Of a stretch of DNA of 64,000 nucleotides, positions 1 through 9,657 are shown in pieces; position 1 is the stretch's first letter, and each line of letters begins with the position of its first letter. The notes beneath the pieces were generated by a model that was given only the letters and a program-made list of their open reading frames with translations, was not told the DNA's origin and made no database searches. The position numbers and the translations under genes were made by a program. This DNA comes from Candidatus Eremiobacteria bacterium (GTDB taxonomy: Bacteria > Vulcanimicrobiota > Vulcanimicrobiia > Vulcanimicrobiales > Vulcanimicrobiaceae): contig CAVTRC010000002.1 in the NCBI GenBank assembly GCA_963737065.1, forward strand, positions 32,001-96,000. The letters are read 5' to 3'.

Positions 1-143
1 GCACCGGTCATGCCGACGCGCTTGTGGTATTCGAACGCGGGCAGCGTTATGCCATGCGACGTAAAGGCGATGTGCCACGCGGCGACGTGTTCGTAGACGG
101 AGTCGACCAAGGTTCCGTCGAGATCGAAGATCAGCGCTGACAT
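1..143 (-). CDS. HAD-family hydrolase, N-terminal part (runs off the window)
   Basis: Manual translation from ATG at 143: MSALIFDLDGTLVDSVYEHVAAW..., HAD motif I DxDGT; overlaps the end of mce. Confidence 0.85.
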   Translation of the reverse strand, partial: MSALIFDLDGTLVDSVYEHVAAWHIAFTSHGITLPAFEYHKRVGMTG

Positions 144-523
144 AGTTCGATCAGTACGCCTTGCGTCGACTTGGGATGAAGAAACGCGATACGATTGCCG
201 TGCGCGCCCTTGCGCGGGTGCTCGTCGATGAGCCGCACGCCTTTGCTTCTCAAATCGGCCAGCTTCGCTTCGATGTCGTCGACGCGGTAGGCGGTGTGGT
301 GCAATCTCGTATCGGCGTCGCCGCGGTACTTGGCGATCGGCGAGCCTTCGTCGAGCGGTCGCAACAGTTCGACGATCGATTCACCGGCCTGCAGCCCCAC
401 CGCTTCGACGCCCTGGTCTTCGATCGTTTCCCGGTACACGGGATAGAATCCGAGCGTTTCGGTGTAGAATTTCACCGTTGCCTCCAAGTCCTTGACGACG
501 ATCGCGATGTGATCGATCTTCAT
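131..523 (-). CDS. mce: Methylmalonyl-CoA epimerase (VOC family)
   Basis: [10 protein letters not shown]...LHHTAYRV...IAFLHPKSTQGVLIELC; start at 523 overlaps the mutase stop. Confidence 0.9.
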   Translation of the reverse strand: MKIDHIAIVVKDLEATVKFYTETLGFYPVYRETIEDQGVEAVGLQAGESIVELLRPLDEGSPIAKYRGDADTRLHHTAYRVDDIEAKLADLRSKGVRLIDEHPRKGAHGNRIAFLHPKSTQGVLIELCQR

Positions 524-2098
524 GCGACGACTTCCTTGGCGCGATAGACGCCGAACACGTCGCGGAGCACGTTGCAGATTTCGCCGAGGGTCGCACCCGC
601 GTCGACTGCGTCGATGAAATGCGGCATCAGATTGTCGCGTCCGGCCGCCGCGGCGCGAACGTCGTCCAGCCGTACGCACACGAGCGCGTTGTCGCGCTGC
701 GCGCGGAAGCGTTGGAGACGGCCCGTCTGTTCGCGTTCGATGCGCTCTTCGATGCGCTGCAACGGTATCTTTAGCTCACCGTCCGCCTTCGGAAAATTCG
801 TTCACGCCGACGACGACCGCGTCACCGCGCTCGATAGCTTGTTGTGCCTGATATGCGGAATCGGCAATACGGCTTTGCATCCATCCCGACTCGATCGCGG
901 CGATGCTTCCGCCCATTTCATCGACTTCGGCAATGAGGGCACGTGCGCGTTCGATTAGCTCGTTCGTGAGCGATTCGACGTAATACGATCCGGCAAGCGG
1001 ATCCACGATATCGGCGACGCCCGATTCGTACCCGATGATCTGCTGCGTGCGAAGGGCTAACTTTGCGCTTTCGGCGGTTGGAAGCGCAAGTGCTTCATCT
1101 TTGCCGTTCGTGTGCAGCGATTGTGTGCCGCCCAGGACAGCCGCGAGCGCTTGCAGCGTAACGCGAACCACGTTGTTGTCCGGTTCTTGCGCGGTGAGCG
1201 TCGAGCCGGCCGTTTGCGTGTGGAAGCGAAGCATCTGCGAGCGCGGGTCCTTGCAGCCGAATTCATCGCGCGTGATATGTGCCCACAAGAAGCGCGCGGC
1301 ACGGAACTTCGCGACCTCTTCGAAGAAGTCGTTATGCGCATTCCAAAAGAACGAGATCCGCGGCGCTACGACGTCGAGATCGATACCCGCGTTACGCGCG
1401 GCATGCAAGTATGCTTTCGCGTTGGAGAGCGTGAACGCGATCTCTTCGACGGCCGTGGAGCCGGCTTCCCGAATGTGATAGCCGGAGATCGAAATCGTGT
1501 TCCACTGCGGCACGTGCTGCGCGCAATACGCCATGAGATCGGTAACCAGCCGCATCGACGGTTCCGGCGGATAGATGTAGGTTCCGCGTGCGACATACTC
1601 CTTGAGCACGTCGTTTTGCACCGTGCCTCCCAGCTTCTCGAACGGGATGCCGCGACGGCGAGCGACGGCGAGCAGCATCGCGAGCAGAACGGACGCCGGC
1701 GCATTGATCGTCATCGAGACCGTCACCCGATCGAGCGGAATGCGATCGAAGAGCGTCTCCATGTCGGCAACGGAATCGATTGCAACACCGACCTTTCCGA
1801 CTTCGCCCCGCGCAATCGGCGCATCGGAGTCATGACCGAGCTGCGTCGGAAGATCGAACGCGACGGACAGTCCGGTCGTGCCGCGCTCGAGCAGATATCG
1901 ATAGCGCGCATTCGACTCGGCTGCCGTTGCAAAACCCGCATACTGGCGCATCGTCCACAGACGGCCGCGATACATGTCGCGACGGATTCCGCGACCGAAC
2001 GGAAATGCGCCCGGCTCACCCAAGTCGTGCGGCGTTCCCCGCGTGCGGTCGTATGTCGACTGCAGCGGTATGCCGCTTGCATTTTCATCCCTTGCCAT
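520..2098 (-). CDS. Methylmalonyl-CoA mutase substrate-binding subunit, +1 frameshift near 787
   Basis: [46 protein letters not shown]-terminus ([17 protein letters not shown]) is in ORF 520..762; Tyr and Arg at the MCM specificity positions; no B12-binding domain. Confidence 0.9.
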
Positions 2099-2209
2099 GC
2101 CGCCGGAATGTTTCGCGAAAGAATGGCTTGCACCGCTTTCGTTCGAACGCCTTCGGATGAACACAATGCTGGAGCGCGCTGCCGCGGCGCAAGCGGACAA
2201 GAGACTGTC

Positions 2210-2803
2210 GTGACGATACCGGACGGTTATCACGACGTACCGCCCGGCAAGCTGGCAAACGTTGTCACGAACCTTGAAATGTTTGCGCGTCCGCCCGTGC
2301 GTGCCGATCCGCCCGGCGTTCGCGCGAGGTTGCGGCGGATGGAACGGCCGCCGCTCGACGAGTATCGCGCGCTCTTTCATAAAGTCGGCGACGAGTATCT
2401 GTGGATGTCGCGCCTGGTAATGAGCGACGAAGAACTGTCGTCCGTCGTGCACGATCCGCTCGTTGAGATTTACGCGGTCGCATACGAAGGCGACGACGAG
2501 GGAATGCTCGAGCTGGATTTTCGGAACCAACCAGAAGCGGAGCTCGTATTTTTCGCGCTCACCGGCCGTCTCATTGGAACCGGAACCGGACGGTGGCTGA
2601 TGAACCGCGCGCTCGACGTCGCATGGTCGCATCGGATCCGCCGTTTGTGGGTGCACACGTGCACGCTCGATCATCCGAATGCGGTGGATTTTTACATTCG
2701 CTCCGGTTTTGTGCCGTTCAAACGGCAAGTCGAAGTTTGCGACGATCCACGGCTGATGGGCGCGGCGCCGCGTGACGCGGCCGCGCATATCCCGCTACTC
2801 TAG
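2210..2803 (+). CDS. GNAT-family acetyltransferase
   Basis: 3' part of ORF 1112..2803 from GTG 2210; [32 protein letters not shown]. Confidence 0.85.
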   Translation: MTIPDGYHDVPPGKLANVVTNLEMFARPPVRADPPGVRARLRRMERPPLDEYRALFHKVGDEYLWMSRLVMSDEELSSVVHDPLVEIYAVAYEGDDEGMLELDFRNQPEAELVFFALTGRLIGTGTGRWLMNRALDVAWSHRIRRLWVHTCTLDHPNAVDFYIRSGFVPFKRQVEVCDDPRLMGAAPRDAAAHIPLL

Positions 2804-4558
2804 TGTGACCAGCGGTGAATTCGCTTCGACGGTCACGCCGGGTTCCGCGTGAACTGCGGTCACCGTTCCCGCGCGATGCGCGCGGATTTCGTTCATCATT
2901 TTCATCGCTTCGACGACCGCGACGACTTGGCGCTCCTCGACCGCTTCGCCCACGTTGACCTTGATTTCAACGACCGCGCCGTGCATCGGCGAGATGATGT
3001 CGTTGCCGTGCGACGTCGCCGCGGCTTTCTTTGAAATCGCGCGCCGCGGCGCGCCTTTTGCTTCGGTCGCCGGTGATATTGCTGCGGTGCGGCCGTTCGG
3101 CACGTCGAGCACGCGAACGCGATACATCCGTTCGTTGATCTCGACGCGAATCACGGGCGATGCTTGCGCCTGTTCCGACACGGGCGCGCGAACTTCACCG
3201 TTGGTCTTGGCGGCGAAATGTGCGGCGGCGAACGGCTCCAGCGTTGCCGTCCCGTACGTCGCGTCGAGCACCGGCGGATAGTCGCAAAGCGCGCGAAGCA
3301 GCGGGAGCGTCGTTGGTACGCCTTCGATGACGTATTCGTCGATCGCGCGTCGCAGACGCGCAATCGCTTCGCCGCGCGTCGGCGCCCACACGACCAATTT
3401 CGCAATCATCGAATCGTAGTCCGGAGAAATCGTATAACCCGGATACGCAGCGCTGTCGACCCGTACGCCGAGACCGCCCGGCTCGCGATACGACGTGATC
3501 GTCCCGGGCGCAGGCCGGAAGTTTGCTGCCGGATCTTCCGCGTTCACCCGCCCCTCGATCGCGAAACCGCGGAAGTCGATATCGTCTTGTGCAAAGCCGA
3601 GCTTTTCGCCCGCGGCGATGCGAATCTGCTCGCGTATCAAGTCGATTCCGGAGATCATTTCGCTCACAGTGTGCTCGACTTGGATGCGCGTATTCATCTC
3701 GAGAAAGAAGAACTCGTCTCCCGAGACGAGACATTCGATCGTGCCGACGGAGTCATAACCGATCGCCTGTGCCGCGCGCACGCCTGCGTCGCGCATGGCG
3801 CGCCGTACCTTCAGCGGAATCTGCGGCGGCGCTTCTTCCCAGACTTTTTGATGGCGGCGCTGCAGCGAACAGTCACGCTCGCCGACATGGAGCACCGTGC
3901 CGTGTTTGTCGGCAAGGATCTGCAGCTCGACGTGTTTGGGATTTTCGAGATACCGCTCGGCGTAGATCGTTCCGTTCTTGAAATACGCCTCCGCTTCGCG
4001 TTGCGCCGTCGTGAACGCGGATTCGATCTCGTCAAGCGTCCGCGCGACCTTCAATCCTTTGCCGCCGCCGCCGCCCGATGCTTTGAGCGCGAGCGGCAAA
4101 CCGTATTGCTGCGCCGCGCGCTTCGCACCCGCGACGTCCGGAATCGCTTCGGTGCCACCCGGGACAAACGGGACGTTCGCTTGTTGCATCGCTTGACGCG
4201 CTCGCAGTTTGTCGCCCATCGCCTCGACTGCATCTGCGTGCGGGCCGATCCATACGAACCCCGAAGCAACGACGCGCCGTGCAAATGCAGCGTTTTCCGC
4301 GAGGAACCCGTATCCCGGATGAATCGCTTGCGCTTCCGAACGCATGGCGACATCGAGAATCGCATCCGCGTTGAGGTAGCTCTGCGACGGTGCGGCAGGA
4401 CCAACGAGATAGGCCTCGTCCGCCATGCGTACGTGCATGCCGTCTCGATCCGCTTCGGAATAGATCGCAACGGTTGCGATGCCCATTTCGCGAGCGGTGC
4501 GAATAATACGGACCGCGATCTCGCCGCGGTTCGCGATGAGAATCTTAGTGAAGGGCAC
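2795..4558 (-). CDS. Acyl-CoA carboxylase alpha subunit (biotin carboxylase + biotin carrier)
   Basis: KILIANRGEIA, HPGYGFLAEN, ERDCSLQRRHQK, EMNTRIQVEH, C-terminal EAMKM biotinylation motif. Confidence 0.95.
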   Translation of the reverse strand: MPFTKILIANRGEIAVRIIRTAREMGIATVAIYSEADRDGMHVRMADEAYLVGPAAPSQSYLNADAILDVAMRSEAQAIHPGYGFLAENAAFARRVVASGFVWIGPHADAVEAMGDKLRARQAMQQANVPFVPGGTEAIPDVAGAKRAAQQYGLPLALKASGGGGGKGLKVARTLDEIESAFTTAQREAEAYFKNGTIYAERYLENPKHVELQILADKHGTVLHVGERDCSLQRRHQKVWEEAPPQIPLKVRRAMRDAGVRAAQAIGYDSVGTIECLVSGDEFFFLEMNTRIQVEHTVSEMISGIDLIREQIRIAAGEKLGFAQDDIDFRGFAIEGRVNAEDPAANFRPAPGTITSYREPGGLGVRVDSAAYPGYTISPDYDSMIAKLVVWAPTRGEAIARLRRAIDEYVIEGVPTTLPLLRALCDYPPVLDATYGTATLEPFAAAHFAAKTNGEVRAPVSEQAQASPVIRVEINERMYRVRVLDVPNGRTAAISPATEAKGAPRRAISKKAAATSHGNDIISPMHGAVVEIKVNVGEAVEERQVVAVVEAMKMMNEIRAHRAGTVTAVHAEPGVTVEANSPLVTLE

Positions 4559-4697
4559 GCAACTCTTCCATTCCCAGCTCGGGCATTCGAGCGGCGGTCT
4601 TCCAACGCGAGACCGTCGATTGCGGCGCGTTCACCTCGGAGGCTTCGGTGAGCAGATCGAGCGCGACGACGAGCGCGGCCATTTCGTCTTCGCTCAC
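4545..4697 (-). CDS. Probable acyl-CoA carboxylase epsilon subunit (50 aa, not in ORF track)
   Basis: MSEDEMAALVVALDLLTEASEVNAPQSTVSRWKTAARMPELGMEELRALH; GTGA overlap with fabI stop; overlaps the alpha-subunit start; AccE-like EE/DE-xAALxxAL...SxW pattern. Confidence 0.7.
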   Translation of the reverse strand: MSEDEMAALVVALDLLTEASEVNAPQSTVSRWKTAARMPELGMEELRALH

Positions 4698-5485
4698 TTC
4701 AATGTGAAATCAGGCGGAATCATCCCCACCGCATGATACCCGCCATCGACAAAGTGCACGTCCGCCGTAATCGCCGACGAAAGGTCCGACGCAAGATACA
4801 CGGCGGTGTTGCCGACGTCTTCAGCGGTGACGTTGCGCCGAAGCGGCGCGACTTGCGGTACGACGTCGAGCATTTTCGTCGCGCCCGAAACCTGGCGCAT
4901 GCTGGCGGTTTTGATCGGTCCTGCCGAGATCGCGTTGACGCGAATGCCACGATTTCCGAGGTCGTACGCTAGATAGCGCATCGACGACTCGAGCGCTGCC
5001 TTCGCAATTCCCATCAAGTTGTAGTTCGGCACGATGGCTGTTGCCCCAAGATACGTCAGCGCCATGATCGAGCCGTTGTCGTTGATGTCGTCGCGAAGCG
5101 TCGATACGAGCGCGATCAGCGAATACGCCGAAACATCGAGGCAAAGCGAAAAACCGCCGCGCGTCGTGTCGTACACGGTCCCACGCAAGTCATTTTTGTC
5201 GGCAAAGGCGATCGAGTGCACGAGCCCGTCGATCTTCCCGAACGACGATACGAGCTCGTTGCGCATCGCTTGCAGCGACTCGTCTTTAGAGACGTCACAT
5301 TCGATGACCGTGCCGCCGCCGAGTTCCGTTGCGAGTCGCTCGACTTCATCCTTGACGCGTTCGCCCTGGTACGTGAACGCCAGCGTCGCGCCGTGCTCGT
5401 GCATTTTGTGCGCGATGCCCGTCGAGATCGACCAGCGATTGGCAACGCCCGTAATGAGGACGCGCTTTCCTTCAAGCAGCTTCAC
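4694..5485 (-). CDS. fabI: Enoyl-ACP reductase
   Basis: LITGVANRWSI, VHSIAFA, YNLMGIAKAALE, VNAISAGPIKT; likely GTG start at 5485. Confidence 0.95.
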   Translation of the reverse strand: MKLLEGKRVLITGVANRWSISTGIAHKMHEHGATLAFTYQGERVKDEVERLATELGGGTVIECDVSKDESLQAMRNELVSSFGKIDGLVHSIAFADKNDLRGTVYDTTRGGFSLCLDVSAYSLIALVSTLRDDINDNGSIMALTYLGATAIVPNYNLMGIAKAALESSMRYLAYDLGNRGIRVNAISAGPIKTASMRQVSGATKMLDVVPQVAPLRRNVTAEDVGNTAVYLASDLSSAITADVHFVDGGYHAVGMIPPDFTLK

Positions 5486-5657
5486 GTACGCTAGATACCA
5501 TCGCAACCGACGGCGACCTTCTCGAAGCAGCAGCGCAGACACGCGCGATGGATCGCGACGCAGATGGTGGCGTGCGAACAACACCGAGCGCGCTCAATGC
5601 GCGTCTTTCACCATGAACCGACCGGTCGGCAAGACGTTTGCCGAACGCTCGCGTCTC

Positions 5658-7211
5658 CTAGAGCGGAATGTTGCCGTGCTTGCGCTTTGGTCGCTCGACG
5701 CGCTTGTTTTCCAGCATCTCGAGCGCGGTCGCAATCGCTCCCCGCGTCCGATGCGCCTCGATGACGTCATCGACGTAGCCGCGCTGTGCCGCGATGTACG
5801 GATTCGCAAAGCGTTCGGTGTACTCGTCGATCAGTTCTTTCGTCTTTGCGTCTTTGTCCGCGGCCGCGGCGATTTCGCGGCGATCGATCACCTTGACCGC
5901 GCCCTCCGCGCCCATCACGGCAATTTCGGCCGTTGGCCATGCCAGGTTGATGTCGGCGCGAATGTGCTTCGACGCCATAACGTCATATGCACCGCCGTAC
6001 GCTTTGCGAGTGATCACCGTAATTTTCGGTACGGTCGCCTCCGCGAAGGCATAGAGCAGTTTCGCGCCGTGTAAAATGATGCCGCCGTACTCTTGATCGG
6101 TGCCCGGCAAGAACCCCGGAACGTCAACGAACGTGATCAACGGGATGTTGAACGCGTCGCAAAAACGTACGAAGCGCGCCGCTTTGATCGACGACTTGAT
6201 GTCAAGCACGCCGGCGAGCACGTTCGGCTGGTTCGCGACGACGCCGATGCTGCGTCCCGCGATGCGCCCGAAGCCGCAGATGATGTTTTGCGCGTAGTGC
6301 GGTTGAATCTCGAAGAAGTCACCGTAGTCAAGCACGCCTTCGATCACCTCGTGCATGTCGTACGGCTTGTTGGGCGAGTCGGGGACGAGATCGTTGAGTT
6401 CGGGCGTTTCACGTTGCGGATCATCGTCGGTCGTGAAGCGCGGTGCGTCGTCTAAATTGTTCTGCGGCATATACGAGAGCAGCAGCTTCGTCGATTCGAC
6501 GAGATCGTCTTCATCGCTCGCGACGACGTGCGCGACGCCGCTTCTCGTCGCGTGCGTCATCGCGCCACCGAGTTGCTCGAACGTCACGTCTTCACCGGTC
6601 ACCGTTTTGATGATTTCCGGACCGGTAATGAACATCTGCGAGATATGCTCGGTCATCAGAACGAAGTCCGTGATCGCGGGCGAGTACACGGCTCCGCCGG
6701 CGCACGGACCGGCGATAAGGCTCAGTTGCGGAATAACGCCGCTCGCCTGAACGTTGCGCCAAAATATCTCGGCATAACCGCCGAGCGATACGACACCCTC
6801 CTGAATGCGTGCGCCGCCGGAGTCGTTGACGCCGATCATGGGCGAACCGGTCCGCACGGCAAGGTCCATGACCTTGCAAATCTTCTCTGCGAACGCTTCG
6901 CCGAGAGAACCGCCCAGCACCGTGAAGTCTTGAGAGAACACGAAGATCTGACGGCCGTCGATCGTTGCGCGTCCCGTAATCACGCCGTCGCCGAGGAACT
7001 CTTTGTCGTCTAAGCCGAACGCATTTGTCCGGTGCACGACGAACTGATCGAGCTCGGTGAACGACCCATCATCGACCAGCGCTTCGATCCGTTCGCGCGC
7101 GGTGCGTTTACCGCGCGCATGCTGACGTTCGATGGCGTCAGTGCCGGCGGGCGCTTGCGCGAGCGCGCGCTTGCGCGCGAGTTCTTCATATTTTTCCCCG
7201 TGCGATCTCAC
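5658..7211 (-). CDS. pccB: Acyl-CoA (propionyl-CoA) carboxylase beta subunit, carboxyltransferase
   Basis: [58 protein letters not shown]. Confidence 0.93.
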   Translation of the reverse strand: MRSHGEKYEELARKRALAQAPAGTDAIERQHARGKRTARERIEALVDDGSFTELDQFVVHRTNAFGLDDKEFLGDGVITGRATIDGRQIFVFSQDFTVLGGSLGEAFAEKICKVMDLAVRTGSPMIGVNDSGGARIQEGVVSLGGYAEIFWRNVQASGVIPQLSLIAGPCAGGAVYSPAITDFVLMTEHISQMFITGPEIIKTVTGEDVTFEQLGGAMTHATRSGVAHVVASDEDDLVESTKLLLSYMPQNNLDDAPRFTTDDDPQRETPELNDLVPDSPNKPYDMHEVIEGVLDYGDFFEIQPHYAQNIICGFGRIAGRSIGVVANQPNVLAGVLDIKSSIKAARFVRFCDAFNIPLITFVDVPGFLPGTDQEYGGIILHGAKLLYAFAEATVPKITVITRKAYGGAYDVMASKHIRADINLAWPTAEIAVMGAEGAVKVIDRREIAAAADKDAKTKELIDEYTERFANPYIAAQRGYVDDVIEAHRTRGAIATALEMLENKRVERPKRKHGNIPL

Positions 7212-7222
7212 GGGAAGAAGCG

Positions 7223-7399
7223 TTAGGTAGCGCTCTCCTCGCTGCCTTCATCGGAGTCGCCGGTGAGGGCCTCAGCGATTTGCTCTTCGAAAAGCGCTCG
7301 CTCAGCGCCGACCATACCCGTGTCATCCGCTCCGACGACCGCATCTTCGTTGCCGTTGTCTTCGAAGATCTGTTCGATGTCCGAATGTTTGCGTTCCAT
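7223..7399 (-). CDS. Small acidic hypothetical protein (58 aa, not in ORF track)
   Basis: [58 protein letters not shown]; fills the gap between the MFS gene and pccB; TATAGT 7 nt upstream of ATG. Confidence 0.6.
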   Translation of the reverse strand: MERKHSDIEQIFEDNGNEDAVVGADDTGMVGAERALFEEQIAEALTGDSDEGSEESAT

Positions 7400-7420
7400 A
7401 GGCGGAACTATACCCCGATA

Positions 7421-8956
7421 TCAGTCGACGGCTATCGGCGCGTGATGTGATGCGGCGGTTTTCGGCGGCCGTAACAGAATGACGAGCGGTGTAAGGATGA
7501 ACGTCACGATACCGAGGACGTAAAACGCATCCGCAAATGCGAGCGTCGTCGCTTGTTGATTCACCGCTCCGGCGACGTTTGCGAGCGGCGCGTGCGCGGC
7601 GAGCGCGCGCTGTACGGCGGGATGTGAAAGCGTAATGGCTCCCGCGAGATTATCGAGGTGGAACGCACCGCGGCGATCGAGGAGCGTGACCAGGATCGCC
7701 GTGGCGATCGAACCGCCGAGTTGCTGGCACAAACTCAAGAGCGACGTGGCCTTCTGTGTATCGAGTCCTTGTACCGAACTCAACACGGACACCGCGAGCG
7801 GCACGAAGAGCATGCCGAACCCGATCCCGCCGAAGACGAGCGGGAACACGAACGTCGAGAAGACGCTGTCCGTCGTCAGCACTTGCGCCGTCAGCACGTT
7901 GGCAATCGCAACGATGATGAAGCCCGTGGCGAGCAAAATCTGCGGACGCACTTTCGCGCGATTGAGCAGTGCGAGCGTGACGAAGGTCATCACCATGATC
8001 CCAAGCGCGCGCGTGAGGATGGAAAGACCCGAGAGCGTCGCGGTGAACGCGAGCAAGCCTTGCTGAAACTGCGGCGTCAGAATAACACCGCCGAAGAGTG
8101 AAAACGCGAGCACCATCGCGAGCGCACAGCCCGCTGCCACCGTGCGATTACGCAAGAGAATCCGCAGATCAACGATCGGATTCTTTACGACGCGGAGTTC
8201 CCAATACGCGAACGTTGCGAGCGCGCCAACGGCGACCGCCGCGGTTAGCGTGATGTTTTGATCGTTGAACCAGTCGTAGCGTTCGCCTTCGTCGAGCACG
8301 TACTGCAAACATCCGAGCCCCATCGCCATCAACGCAAGTCCAACGCCGTCGACGGACGGACGTCCGCGCCGCGCCGGGTCGCGCAAGTACATCGCGCACA
8401 GCAACGCGGAAATGATCCCGGGAAGAACGTTCACGTAAAAGATCCAGTTCCATGACAGCGCGTCGGTGAGATATCCGCCGAGCGTTGGTCCGATCGACGG
8501 ACCAACGACTGCGCCGAGCGACGTGAGCGCTTGGCTCAATCCCAGTTGTTTCGGGGGAAACGTGTCGCGCATAATCGCCTGTCCGGTTGCAATCAAGCCA
8601 CCGCCGCACAGCCCTTGGAGCACCCGATAGAATACGAGTTGCTCGAGGCTCGTCGCGGTGCCGCAAAGTCCCGATGTGATCGTGAACCCCACGATCGCGC
8701 TGACGTAATAGTTGCGCCGCCCCATCAACTGTTGCAGCCACGGCGTCAACGGGATCACGATGACCGCCGCGATGATGTATCCCGTGACGATCCACGCGGC
8801 GTCGTCGAAGTTCGCGCCCATGTTGCCCTGAATCGTCGGAAGCGCGACATTGACGATCGTTGCGTCGAGCACTTGCAGCAGTGTTGCCGACATTACACCG
8901 ATGACGATCAGCCATCGACGCATTCCGTATTCGACGAGGTCTTGGTTTCCGTGCAT
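7421..8956 (-). CDS. DHA2 (EmrB/QacA) family MFS transporter
   Basis: LDATIVNVALP, RVLQGLCGG, GPTLGGYLTD, WNWIFYVN; many hydrophobic segments. Confidence 0.92.
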   Translation of the reverse strand: MHGNQDLVEYGMRRWLIVIGVMSATLLQVLDATIVNVALPTIQGNMGANFDDAAWIVTGYIIAAVIVIPLTPWLQQLMGRRNYYVSAIVGFTITSGLCGTATSLEQLVFYRVLQGLCGGGLIATGQAIMRDTFPPKQLGLSQALTSLGAVVGPSIGPTLGGYLTDALSWNWIFYVNVLPGIISALLCAMYLRDPARRGRPSVDGVGLALMAMGLGCLQYVLDEGERYDWFNDQNITLTAAVAVGALATFAYWELRVVKNPIVDLRILLRNRTVAAGCALAMVLAFSLFGGVILTPQFQQGLLAFTATLSGLSILTRALGIMVMTFVTLALLNRAKVRPQILLATGFIIVAIANVLTAQVLTTDSVFSTFVFPLVFGGIGFGMLFVPLAVSVLSSVQGLDTQKATSLLSLCQQLGGSIATAILVTLLDRRGAFHLDNLAGAITLSHPAVQRALAAHAPLANVAGAVNQQATTLAFADAFYVLGIVTFILTPLVILLRPPKTAASHHAPIAVD

Positions 8957-9134
8957 CGGTAAACTTCTAGACGAGGGCGCCGTCTCTCAATCCTGGCTAC
9001 GGCAGCGCCATTTTCAGCGGCCGGGGCATCGCCCGTCCTTGGCGTAAAGCAACCGGCGTAAAGTAGCCGCCGGACGGCAGTACGCTAGGCCGCCCGGCGA
9101 ACCGTTTAAAGTAGCGCGTGCAAAACCCGATACC

Positions 9135-9446
9135 TTACCAAATACCAAGCGCCGCTTTGACGTCGTCGGAAGCCATCGTTGCCGGATCCCACGGAGGAGT
9201 GAACGTGACGTCCACCTTCGCAGTCTTGACGCCCTCGACGCTGAGCACGCGATCTTCAACGGACTTTTTGAACATCGGGCCGACCGGACACATCGGCGAG
9301 GTTAGCGTCATCAAAACGGTAACGTGCTCCTGGTTGTCACCTTCGACGCTGACGTCGTATACGAGACCAAGCTCGAGGATGCCCATGTTGATCTCGGGAT
9401 CCTTCACGTCTAGGAGTGCGGTGCGAACTTCTTCGACGGTGGGCAT
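9135..9446 (-). CDS. Metal-sulfur cluster assembly factor (DUF59/SufT-like)
   Basis: VKDPEINMGILELGLVY, TLTSPMCP, FTPPWDP. Confidence 0.9.
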   Translation of the reverse strand: MPTVEEVRTALLDVKDPEINMGILELGLVYDVSVEGDNQEHVTVLMTLTSPMCPVGPMFKKSVEDRVLSVEGVKTAKVDVTFTPPWDPATMASDDVKAALGIW

Positions 9447-9657
9447 GGCCGTTTATTGTAGCACGCAACTTTTTTCGCGCGAGCGATGTCCGAAAGGATG
9501 ATCGACTCGTGCCGGTTAGCGGTCCGCGAGGCTTTTTATTCCGTATTAAGGATCACAGAGAGTGTCACGAAACTGGAATGCGACGGGTAGAGTTAAATAG
9601 ACACCTGCTCCCGAAGGCGATTGCCGAAGGATTAGGTACCGGAGGAAGAGCCTAACA

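Noticed and set aside
1112..2209. Long 5' extensions of ORFs 1112..2803 and 776..2788, suggesting a GNAT-mutase fusion
   Set aside because: Shadow frames of two divergent genes; real starts are at 2210 (+) and 2098 (-)
3164..4651. Many long antisense ORFs (e.g. 3164..4651, 40544..41680, 58960..60276, 62314..63645)
   Set aside because: They overlap well-supported genes; expected in GC-rich DNA; no motifs
9041..9116. Short repeats GGCGTAAAG / TAAAGTAGC upstream of the MFS gene
   Set aside because: Too short and irregular to call
9460..9657. CtsR or CIRCE operator upstream of clpC
   Set aside because: No matching heptad repeat or CIRCE inverted repeat seen
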